Shown here one piece after another: positions 56,763 to 64,000 of a stretch of 64,000 bases of DNA; positions within the stretch are counted from its first letter, which is position 1, and each line of letters starts with the position of its first letter. The notes under the pieces were generated by a model. The model saw only the letters and a list, made by a program, of their open reading frames with translations. It did not search any database and was not told the origin of the DNA. Both the position numbers and the translations under genes were made by a program. This DNA is from Gemmatimonadota bacterium (lineage in GTDB: Bacteria > Gemmatimonadota > Gemmatimonadetes > Gemmatimonadales > GWC2-71-9), in NCBI GenBank assembly GCA_039588055.1, contig JBDHAN010000001.1:26014-90013 (forward strand). The letters run 5' to 3'.

Positions 56763-57398
56763 TCAGCCGGAGGCGCGCTCCAGATAGAGAATGATCTCCT
56801 GTATCTCCCGCTGCGGCGGTGACTGCCGCAGCATCTGCACGGAGTACTGTCGCATCCGGATCACCACCGCCGCCCAGTCACTGGGCGAATGCTGCCGCGG
56901 ATCTGGCAGCTCATGGCACTGGGCGCAGGCCCCCACGAAGAGATCCCGCCCCGCCCCTGCCGGAAGCTCATCGGTCGTGACCCGTAACGGATAGTCGAGC
57001 AGATAGTTCAGCAGAAGTACCCGCTCGCGGGTGTCCGGGACCGGGATGTCGTAGTCCTCTATGACCCCGTCCGTGCGGAGCCACATGCGCCTCAGGACGA
57101 CCGGCCAATCGGTCGCCGAGTGGGTGGCCGGACTGGGAAGGGGGTGGCAGGCCGTGCAGTACTGCACCAACGCTTGCGCGCCTTCCGAGTCGGGCTCTGG
57201 CAGATCTTCGGGCGCCGTCCCAGGAGGTGGGAGGGCGACGCTGGCTGATGCGAGGACCAGATCGCTCGCCGACGGCGCGGGTTGCTGGCTGGTTTCCTCT
57301 CCGCCCGGCGCGGGTTCGCACCCCGCAAGCCACAGCACCATCATCGGAATCCCAATCAACAACCGGATGTCCGCGCGGCTCAGAAGCGACCTCACCAT
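56763..57398 (-). CDS. Dihaem c-type cytochrome lipoprotein (internal duplication)
   Basis: Signal/lipobox MVRSLLSRADIRLLIGIPMMVLWLAGC. There are two CxxCH motifs in duplicated modules (CTACHPLPSPATHSATDWPVVLRRM and CAQCHELPDPRQHSPSDWAAVVIRM). Confidence 0.65.
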   Translation of the reverse strand: MVRSLLSRADIRLLIGIPMMVLWLAGCEPAPGGEETSQQPAPSASDLVLASASVALPPPGTAPEDLPEPDSEGAQALVQYCTACHPLPSPATHSATDWPVVLRRMWLRTDGVIEDYDIPVPDTRERVLLLNYLLDYPLRVTTDELPAGAGRDLFVGACAQCHELPDPRQHSPSDWAAVVIRMRQYSVQMLRQSPPQREIQEIILYLERASG

Positions 57399-57482
57399 GG
57401 TTTCCCCTCTGCAGTTGCTGTCCAAGGGTCTAACGCACCGAGAACGAAGATTCTATGAAGATCGGATGAACGACGACTTCAT

Positions 57483-57938
57483 TCAGGCTGGCGCCCGCTC
57501 GGGCTCCAGCCGCTCGACCATGATCTCCCGAGCAATCGCGGCGTCCAGCGCCAGTTCCGTCTCCCCCACGCGCACAACGGGAGCCGGACGCTGTTGCACC
57601 ACCTCGACCTCGGCCCCCGGCACGAGGCCGAAAACCGCCAGGTTGTTATGACGCGTGGCCGTCCCCGCCCCAAGACATAACACGCGACCACGCTCGCCGC
57701 CCCGCAAGTCCCGAACGGTGAGCACGTTCTCCGGAAGCTCCACGGCAGGACGTTGCCGCCTCCGGAAGAGTCCACTCAGCCACGACACGGCCGGCGGCTT
57801 GTCCGCGAACTCGTACTGACAGCTAGGACAACGAATGAGCTGGCACATGCTGCCCAGGGGACACCCGTGCCGGCAGAGGGTGTCCTCTTTGGCAAACTCA
57901 AACCCGCAGAACGGGCAGCTCAGATATTCGACAGCCAT
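57483..57938 (-). CDS. Cys-rich (zinc-ribbon-like) N-terminal domain fused to a FeoA (SH3-like) domain
   Basis: MAVEYLSCPFCG...CRHGC...C....CPSC (7 Cys), then LTVRDLRGGERGRVLCLG...GLVPGAEVEVVQQRPAPVVRVGETELALD, typical of FeoA. The ATG at 57938 overlaps the feoB 3' end by 19 nt. This is the C-terminal third of track ORF 57483..58883. Confidence 0.7.
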   Translation of the reverse strand: MAVEYLSCPFCGFEFAKEDTLCRHGCPLGSMCQLIRCPSCQYEFADKPPAVSWLSGLFRRRQRPAVELPENVLTVRDLRGGERGRVLCLGAGTATRHNNLAVFGLVPGAEVEVVQQRPAPVVRVGETELALDAAIAREIMVERLEPERAPA

Positions 57939-59917
57939 CGTCCGATGAAGTTGACCGCCCCGCCGACAAAGAAGGCAAATGGAAAGATGAACCCAGCCAT
58001 CCGCCACGCCACCTTGAGTCCATGCTCTTTGGCAATCATCAGAAAGTTGGCAAAGCAGGGCATGAACAGCGTGATGGTAACCATCGCCACCAGGATCTGA
58101 TGTGTCGAGAGCACCGGGACAGGACCGGTCGCCGCGTCGAGGATGTACACCGCGCCAAAGTCGCGCCGCATGAATCCGACGAGAAACGCGTTGGCCATCT
58201 CCTGTGGCAGACCCAGCCACCCGCTGACGAGCGGCTGCATGAGCCGCCCGATTCCTCCGAGGATCCGGAGCCAATCCAGCAGGAACAGGAGTGCTGTGCC
58301 AACCACGAAGAGCGGAATGACCTCTTTGAGATACCAGTTGAGCCGACTCGTAGTCTTGATCAGAACATTTGACAGCTGCGGCCGGCGCATCGGCGGGATC
58401 TCGAGAATGAAGTCGCTCGCCTCGCCGCCAATGATGCGCGCGGTGAGCCACCCCACGAGCACGATGACGCCGAGGACCAGTCCCATCCACACGAGCGCGC
58501 CGACTGGCGACAACGTCGCCATCAGCGCCAGGAGCACACCGAGCTGCGCCGAGCATGGGATCGCAAGCGCCAGCAGCATGGTCGTGACCAGTCTCTCCTT
58601 GCGCGTCTCCAGGATTCGCGTGGTCATCGTGGCCATGGTGTCGCACCCCAGTCCCAGGATCATCGGCAGCACGGCTTTGCCATTGAGACCCATGAACCGG
58701 AACACGCGATTCACCATGATCGCCATACGTGGGAAATATCCCGAGTCCTCGAGAATGCCGAAAACGAAGAAGAACGTGGTGACGATCGGGAGCACGATAG
58801 CGAGAGCGTAGCTCAGCGCCATTGTGAGCGCGCCGTACTCTCCCACCAGAAAGTCGTGAATGAACCGAGTGATGGCTTGCCACCAGGAGAGCTCGACGCC
58901 GGGCGTCAGTGTATACGCCTCTGTCGATACGATACGGTCGATCGTCGCAACACCGACGTCATGCGCCGGTGAGAGGGGAATCGACATTTCGTAGCTGACC
59001 GGTGCGACCACATGCTCGTGAGGGAAAGGGAGCACCGCGTCGGTCAGCCACATGATCCCCGGATTGAGGCGCTGCTGGAACACCCCCATTTCGAGGAAGT
59101 CCACCAGCGTTCCCGCGCCAAACAGTCCAACGAACCAGAACACCGCGAGCAGCACTAAGGCCAGAAAGCCGATCCCGCGGAGCGGATGCATCGCCCAAAA
59201 ACCGAGCCGGATACCGAACGCGGGGTGAGGAGGCTGCACTACCGAGTACGTCTCCGCGAGCATTTCGTGCACCTTGGCCAGCAGGGCGCGGTTGCGCTCG
59301 TAGTCCGACCGGGCTTCCGTGTCGACGCCAGAGAATTCTCGCAATGGTCGGGCCGCCGGAAGCGCGCGAACGAGCTCCGCGGTCCCCCTGTTTGCCGGTG
59401 CCACCGTTGCCACGACCGGCACGCCAAGGAGAGCACTCAATCGGTCGATGTCGATCTTCCCACCCCGTTCTTCCAGCTCATCGAACATGTTGAGGACGAG
59501 CACGGTCGGGTGGCGTAACTCGGCGAGTTGGAGCGTGAGCAGCAGTGCGCGGCGCAGGTTCTTCGCGTCAGCCACCTGCACGACCGTGGCGTCGGCGTGC
59601 TCATCCAGCACCTGTCGAGTCACACGGGCGTCATCACTCCGCGGTGTGAGGTCGTTGATCCCCGGTGTGTCAACGATCTCGATCTGACGGCCATTGAAAT
59701 TGGCTCGCGCACGAACGATCTCGACCGTCGTGCCCGGGATGTTGGAAACCGTGACGTAGCGACTCGTGAGGTTCTTGAAGAGCAGGCTCTTCCCAACATT
59801 CGGATTGCCGACCAGGATGGTGGTTGCCTGGGCCGGCGCTCCCGCAGATGCGCCAGCCGAGCCCTCTGCGGGCGCGTGGTCGGCGCGTCCTTCGTCAGGT
59901 CGCAGGAACTTCATCAT
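57920..59917 (-). CDS. feoB: Ferrous iron transporter FeoB
   Basis: N-terminal G-domain (LVGNPNVGKSLLFN, DTPG, NMFD) followed by a polytopic permease with gate motifs. Confidence 0.9.
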   Translation of the reverse strand: MMKFLRPDEGRADHAPAEGSAGASAGAPAQATTILVGNPNVGKSLLFKNLTSRYVTVSNIPGTTVEIVRARANFNGRQIEIVDTPGINDLTPRSDDARVTRQVLDEHADATVVQVADAKNLRRALLLTLQLAELRHPTVLVLNMFDELEERGGKIDIDRLSALLGVPVVATVAPANRGTAELVRALPAARPLREFSGVDTEARSDYERNRALLAKVHEMLAETYSVVQPPHPAFGIRLGFWAMHPLRGIGFLALVLLAVFWFVGLFGAGTLVDFLEMGVFQQRLNPGIMWLTDAVLPFPHEHVVAPVSYEMSIPLSPAHDVGVATIDRIVSTEAYTLTPGVELSWWQAITRFIHDFLVGEYGALTMALSYALAIVLPIVTTFFFVFGILEDSGYFPRMAIMVNRVFRFMGLNGKAVLPMILGLGCDTMATMTTRILETRKERLVTTMLLALAIPCSAQLGVLLALMATLSPVGALVWMGLVLGVIVLVGWLTARIIGGEASDFILEIPPMRRPQLSNVLIKTTSRLNWYLKEVIPLFVVGTALLFLLDWLRILGGIGRLMQPLVSGWLGLPQEMANAFLVGFMRRDFGAVYILDAATGPVPVLSTHQILVAMVTITLFMPCFANFLMIAKEHGLKVAWRMAGFIFPFAFFVGGAVNFIGRWLSNI

Positions 59918-60085
59918 TTCACGGCGCCTCGAACATCACGAATGGCTTCCCCCTTATGGCGTCCCGAGTCAGGGTAGGCAACACGGCTGCCAATCGCCCT
60001 AAACGAACGATGAAGGGAATCTCAGACACGGCAGGGCGGCAACCCCGAGAGCCACCGCCCTGTCATCCCCTGTGCGCGATCGTGC

Positions 60086-61636
60086 TCAGTTCGTCGCTGG
60101 CGGCGGAACCTTTCGGGGCATCATCTCGTCGCGCATTGCCAGGTGGTAGACGGTCGCCGCTACCACCACCGCCGCCTGCTTCAGATCATCGAGCATCAGA
60201 GCGTCGAACGTATCCACATACGTGTGGTGCGTTCGAATGCCGTACTCGATGGGATCCTGAATGAAGTTGAACCCGGGGATGCCCGCTCCGTCAAACGCGA
60301 GGTGATCGGTGCCGCCCGTGTTCCCGTGCCGTACGGCGACGACGCCCACGTCCCGAAACGGCCAGAGGATTTGCTCAAACACCGGGATCGCTCTCTCGTT
60401 CATCTGGTCCCAGATCCCGCGGACTCGTCCGGTACCGTTGTCGACGTTCACGTAGGCCGAGATGCGCTCGTGGAGCTCTGGATGATTGCGGACCCAGGCA
60501 CGGGAGCCCAAAAGCCCCTGTTCCTCTCCGCTCCACAGCCCGATCCGGATCGTGCGGCGCGGCTGGAGATCGAGTGCCTTGAGAATGCGTAGCGCTTCCA
60601 TCATCACGACCGAGCCAGCCCCATTGTCGGTGGCACCGCCACCGTAGTGCCACGAGTCAAGGTGGGCACCCAGCATGACGTATTCGTCCGCCTTATCAGA
60701 GCCCGGCAGCTCGGCCAGCGTGTTGTACGCCTGGAGGTCCGACTCGTGAAACCGGTTCTGAACGTTGAGCTCGAGCCGAACCGGAACTCCTGCTTCCACG
60801 TTTCGATAGATCTGGTTATACTGCTCGCGAATCACCACGACTTCCGCAACCGGCATCGGATTCGCCGGATTGCGGCCCGACGCGCTCCCGCCCCCACGAA
60901 TGACACCGTAGTTGCGAGACGACGGCGTGAGAACGGCACCGACGCCTTCTTCGGTGAGCATCTGACCCATCTGCTGCCTCACCTCCCGCATGGCACGGAA
61001 TCGCGCCATCATCTCCTCGCGCTGCCGCGCTCGTTCCGCAGCGCGCCGAGCCCGTTCCTCGGGATCCATCCCCTCAGGCTGCGCGAGCAGCTCCTCGCTC
61101 GATGTGCGCCGGTCGGTCCATTCCCATTCCGGCTCGACGTCCGGAGCCGGCTGCACCAAGACGATGGCGTCACGTAGCTGGCCTCGGTAGCGCTCCAGGT
61201 CCTCCACGCTCTCCCCCGTGACCACCACCGCCTCGCCCGTCACCGTGCCGTTCGTCGAACCCGTCCACGCGACTGCCTGCCCGTAGAGCGGTTGCACGAA
61301 CGGCGAGAGGATGCGACCGCTGTATTCCACCCGCTCCCAACCGCGACCGAACTCTCCCCACGGTTCCACCGTCACGTTAGATAGCCCCCACTCGCGGAAC
61401 TTGCTCGCCGTCCACTCGTTGGCCTTCATCATTCCCGGTGAGCCCGTGAGCCGTGGCCCAATGACCTCAACCAAGTGTCGAGCGAGTTGGGGCAGCTGGG
61501 ACCGCTCGAGACCTTCTTCGCGGATCTGCTCGATGACGGCGAGATCCACCGATTCCTGGGCCACTTGCGCACCGGCTGTGACCGGAACGCTCAGCAACAC
61601 GATGAAGCTCAGGGTAGCCAGACAGTGACGTCGCAT
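60086..61636 (-). CDS. M28 family metallopeptidase with PA domain (secreted), second copy in the window
   Basis: Signal peptide MRRHCLATLSFIVLLSVPVTAGA. Motifs: GAHLDSWHYGGGATDNGAG, LWSGEEQGLLGS, GGTDHLAF. Confidence 0.85.
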   Translation of the reverse strand: MRRHCLATLSFIVLLSVPVTAGAQVAQESVDLAVIEQIREEGLERSQLPQLARHLVEVIGPRLTGSPGMMKANEWTASKFREWGLSNVTVEPWGEFGRGWERVEYSGRILSPFVQPLYGQAVAWTGSTNGTVTGEAVVVTGESVEDLERYRGQLRDAIVLVQPAPDVEPEWEWTDRRTSSEELLAQPEGMDPEERARRAAERARQREEMMARFRAMREVRQQMGQMLTEEGVGAVLTPSSRNYGVIRGGGSASGRNPANPMPVAEVVVIREQYNQIYRNVEAGVPVRLELNVQNRFHESDLQAYNTLAELPGSDKADEYVMLGAHLDSWHYGGGATDNGAGSVVMMEALRILKALDLQPRRTIRIGLWSGEEQGLLGSRAWVRNHPELHERISAYVNVDNGTGRVRGIWDQMNERAIPVFEQILWPFRDVGVVAVRHGNTGGTDHLAFDGAGIPGFNFIQDPIEYGIRTHHTYVDTFDALMLDDLKQAAVVVAATVYHLAMRDEMMPRKVPPPATN

Positions 61637-61756
61637 GACCTATTCTCCGAGAGAGCTTTGCGCAGGCATGGAATCGGGGAGTCTAGCCCCGAAGCCACGT
61701 TCCAGCAAACACGTTTCGGTGAGAGCGGGTCGACGAACAGGGTACCGCGCCTGATC

Positions 61757-62989
61757 TCACGTACGGCGCAACACGAGCGCTGCGTTCACCCCGCCAAATC
61801 CAAAGGAGTTCGAAACCACGCAGTCCGGTCGAGCGAAGAGACCTCCGTTGGCAAGGTAGTTCAAATCGCACGCCGCATCGGGCTCTTCCAAGTTCACCGT
61901 GGGCGGCAGCCATCCGCGATCCATGCCCAGCGCACAGATGCCCGCTTCGATTGCCCCACTCGCCCCCAGCGCATGACCGTAGTAGCCCTTGGTGCCGCTG
62001 ACCACCAGCCGATCCGCGTGTCTTCCAAATGCCGATCGGAGGGCGACCGTCTCGGTCGAGTCGTTGAGCGGCGTCGACGATCCATGGGCGTTCACATACT
62101 CGACCACAGCTGGCTCGACGTTGCCGTCAGCGAGCGCCAGGGTCACGGCTCGCGCCGCCTCGCGACCATCGGGCTTGGGCGCCGACATGTGGTATGCGTC
62201 GTTGGTCAGCGCGTAGCCGACGATCTCGGCGTAGATGCGGGCGCCCCGCGCCACGGCTCGATCATACCGTTCCACGACCAGCACGGCCGACCCTTCTCCC
62301 ATCACAAAACCGTCACGCGCGGCATCAAATGGACGAGACGCGCGATCCGGCTCGTCGTTTCGCGTGGACATCGCACGAATGAGCGTGAATGCACCGAAGC
62401 TGAGCGGTGCGAGGGGTGCCTCCGCCCCACCTGCGAGCATCACGTCTGCCCGCCCCGCACGGATCGCATGAAAGGCATCGCCGATCGCGACAGCACCCGA
62501 GGCACAGGACATCCCGTTGGTCGCGTTGGGACCTGTAGTTCCAAACTGAATGGCGATGTTGCACGAGACCGCACCGCCGAATACCGACGTCGCCAGCGTA
62601 GGCTCCACGTGCCGCAGACCGTGCTGCAGGTACATCGCCGACTGCGTCTCGGCCTGGGCAACTCCACCAAGAGCAGATCCCATCATGACACCGATACGAT
62701 CGCGGTTCTCCGCCTCGAGATTCAACGCCGCATCCTCGACGGCGAGCCGTGCGGCCACCACACCCAGCTGCGAAAACCGATCCAGCCGGCGTGCGGCCTT
62801 CGCCGGCAGGTGGTCAGCGGCGCGGAAGTCGTCGATTTCCGCAGCAATGCGACAACGAAACGGCGTTGGGTCGAAGCACGTGATCGTACGAACCGCCGAT
62901 CGCTTCGCTTCGAGACCGGCCCACAGCCCGTCGACACCCGTGCCGATCGGCGTCACGCAGCCGATACCCGTCACCACCACTCGTATCAT
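61757..62989 (-). CDS. Beta-ketoacyl-ACP synthase II-like condensing enzyme (Cys-His-His)
   Basis: MIRVVVTGIGCVTPIG, active-site GMSCASGAVAIG, YHMSAP and VNAHGSSTPLND. The ATG overlaps the upstream stop (ATGA). The track ORF extends upstream to 63340 without support. My manual base count of the start differs by 1 nt from the frame-derived value; I give the frame-derived value. Confidence 0.85.
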   Translation of the reverse strand: MIRVVVTGIGCVTPIGTGVDGLWAGLEAKRSAVRTITCFDPTPFRCRIAAEIDDFRAADHLPAKAARRLDRFSQLGVVAARLAVEDAALNLEAENRDRIGVMMGSALGGVAQAETQSAMYLQHGLRHVEPTLATSVFGGAVSCNIAIQFGTTGPNATNGMSCASGAVAIGDAFHAIRAGRADVMLAGGAEAPLAPLSFGAFTLIRAMSTRNDEPDRASRPFDAARDGFVMGEGSAVLVVERYDRAVARGARIYAEIVGYALTNDAYHMSAPKPDGREAARAVTLALADGNVEPAVVEYVNAHGSSTPLNDSTETVALRSAFGRHADRLVVSGTKGYYGHALGASGAIEAGICALGMDRGWLPPTVNLEEPDAACDLNYLANGGLFARPDCVVSNSFGFGGVNAALVLRRT

Positions 62990-63462
62990 TGTCGCTCTGC
63001 TTCCAGTCTGACCCCTGAGAGGGTGCGCGCGGCAATACCGTGAATGAACACCGGCCCGATCACGAGCTCGGCGACGATCGTACCGATCAGGGGCCAGCGC
63101 GGTCCACGCCACTCGTGAATGATCGTCACGTCGACCCCTGACTCCCCCGACACCAGACGCCAGACAACGTCCATGTCGGTCGTAATGCCGCGGACGTGTC
63201 GGTACCGGATTTCCTGACGTTCTGGCTCGATGTGCATCTCCGAGACCCACCACGTGGGGTACTTGAGCACACCGAACGGCCGCCAGGCAGCCATCTCCAC
63301 GACCCCTCCACCCTCCCGACGTTCCAACATCCGCACCCACCGATAGTGTGGCAGGAACTCGGGCCAGCGCTCGACCTCAGACGCGAGTCGAAATACGCGA
63401 TCTATCGGCGCTGCGATGGTCGCCCGATCAACCGTCCGCACCAGCAGTCTCCCAGTAGGCAA
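62986..63462 (-). CDS. SRPBCC (START/cyclase-dehydrase-like) domain protein
   Basis: VDRATIAAPIDRVFRLASEVERWPEFLPHYRWV...IRYRHVRGITTDMDVVWRL fits the SRPBCC/polyketide-cyclase-like fold. The start is uncertain (TTG 63462 or GTG 63441). The track start at 63570 would overlap the methyltransferase by 143 nt. Confidence 0.55.
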   Translation of the reverse strand: MPTGRLLVRTVDRATIAAPIDRVFRLASEVERWPEFLPHYRWVRMLERREGGGVVEMAAWRPFGVLKYPTWWVSEMHIEPERQEIRYRHVRGITTDMDVVWRLVSGESGVDVTIIHEWRGPRWPLIGTIVAELVIGPVFIHGIAARTLSGVRLEAERQ

Positions 63463-64000
63463 CGAGACGGTAGCCCGGCCGCCGTTCCACCACCCCGTGG
63501 ATCTTTGCTCGCTCGAGAAGACCCGACAGCTCTCGGCGCGTGTACCCACGTCGCACCGAAATGAGACCATCGCGTCGGCTCACGGGGTGGAACCGGAGGA
63601 TGTGCGACGCCATCCAGATACCCCACTCCGCGAGGCGGGCGCGTCGAAGGTCCGCGACGACCACCCCGACGCGTGCAGCCCTGGAGAGCTCCTCGAGAAG
63701 GAGCGTGGCGGCCTCGTTGCTGTAGTGATGTGCCAACTGGCTCGCCACGACGATGTCCACGCCATCCGTCGCGACCGGGAGCACGCGTCCATCGCCTACG
63801 ACAGCCGGAACGGTCGCTTCATCGCACATCTTCGCGGCCTCGCGATGCCAGTCGAGGGCCCTTGCAGCAATCGACCATCCTGCCCGCGACCACCGCTGCT
63901 CGAGATAGCGAGCGATATCCCCACAGCCCGCTCCCACGTCGAGCAGTGTCAGGGGACCCGGGGATCTATGCACGAAGAGGCGTGAGACGCCGTAGGCCAC
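63428..64000 (-). CDS. Class I SAM-dependent methyltransferase (5' end at or beyond the window edge)
   Basis: LLDVGAGCGDIARYL (motif I) and DIVVASQLAHH. The first in-window codon is GTG at the last three bases, so the gene may continue outside the window. Confidence 0.7.
   Translation of the reverse strand: MAYGVSRLFVHRSPGPLTLLDVGAGCGDIARYLEQRWSRAGWSIAARALDWHREAAKMCDEATVPAVVGDGRVLPVATDGVDIVVASQLAHHYSNEAATLLLEELSRAARVGVVVADLRRARLAEWGIWMASHILRFHPVSRRDGLISVRRGYTRRELSGLLERAKIHGVVERRPGYRLVAYWETAGADG

Noticed and set aside
57483-58883. A 466-aa minus-strand ORF.
   Set aside because: The N-terminal two-thirds overlap feoB out of frame and are Arg/His/Gly-rich. Only the C-terminal 151 aa (Cys-rich plus FeoA domain, from ATG 57938) look real.
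61475-63043. A 522-aa plus-strand ORF.
   Set aside because: It is antisense to the KAS-II and M28 genes, is Arg-rich, and has no motifs.

Overview
This is a 64-kb chromosomal segment from a high-GC (roughly 65%) diderm-type bacterium. The gene content is reminiscent of Gemmatimonadota or Acidobacteriota, but I cannot verify that without a search. I call about 55 densely packed protein-coding genes on both strands and three tRNAs (Lys-CUU on the minus strand; Glu-CUC and Glu-UUC in tandem on the plus strand). I see no rRNA, CRISPR array, transposase, integrase or prophage signature. Many long ORFs in the six-frame track are antisense or out-of-frame shadows typical of high-GC DNA, and I ignored them.

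Content from left to right:
- malic enzyme, dodecin, an RCK K+ channel, cytochrome P460, and secreted M28 and M14 peptidases
- a YbaK-like deacylase
- an APC permease with regulatory C-terminal domains, a GT4 glycosyltransferase, and a YVTN beta-propeller
- DUF72, then an NHEJ locus (ligD with downstream hydrolase and EVE genes, divergent from ku)
- DoxX and two convergent paralogous membrane Ser/Thr kinases
- NhaA and two TLC/NTT-like transporters
- cyclophilin and a molybdopterin-oxidoreductase::NifS fusion
- several hypothetical exported proteins, a CPBP protease, a CYTH-like protein, TauE and an OPT transporter
- CcdA, TlpA and a peroxiredoxin interrupted by an in-frame TGA
- a kinase / Ras-like GTPase / PP2C module
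- a TonB-dependent receptor, a TM2 protein, a second RCK K+ channel, and a CPA1 antiporter with a cNMP-binding domain
- Tag glycosylase, a HAD hydrolase, and a PAS-GGDEF-EAL protein
- an MBL-fold hydrolase and an HDAC-like deacetylase
- dihaem cytochrome c, a FeoA-like protein and FeoB
- a second M28 peptidase, and a KAS-II / SRPBCC / methyltransferase cluster cut by the window edge

The observations most worth follow-up are:
1. A probable exported selenocysteine peroxiredoxin. Its UGA sits at the peroxidatic-Cys position and is followed by a SECIS-like hairpin. The gene lies next to ccdA-tlpA.
2. An uninterrupted 1135-aa fusion of a Mo-bisPGD oxidoreductase to a NifS-type cysteine desulfurase.
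3. An extended NHEJ operon, ligD -> alpha/beta hydrolase with a (Q-K/R-G)n tail -> EVE domain protein. The tail is encoded by a G-quadruplex-prone 9-bp tandem repeat.
4. A eukaryote-like kinase / Ras-like GTPase / PP2C signalling module.
5. An orphan strong intrinsic terminator preceded by about 350 nt of structured non-coding sequence.

All functional calls rest on my reading of motifs in the supplied translations. No database search was possible.
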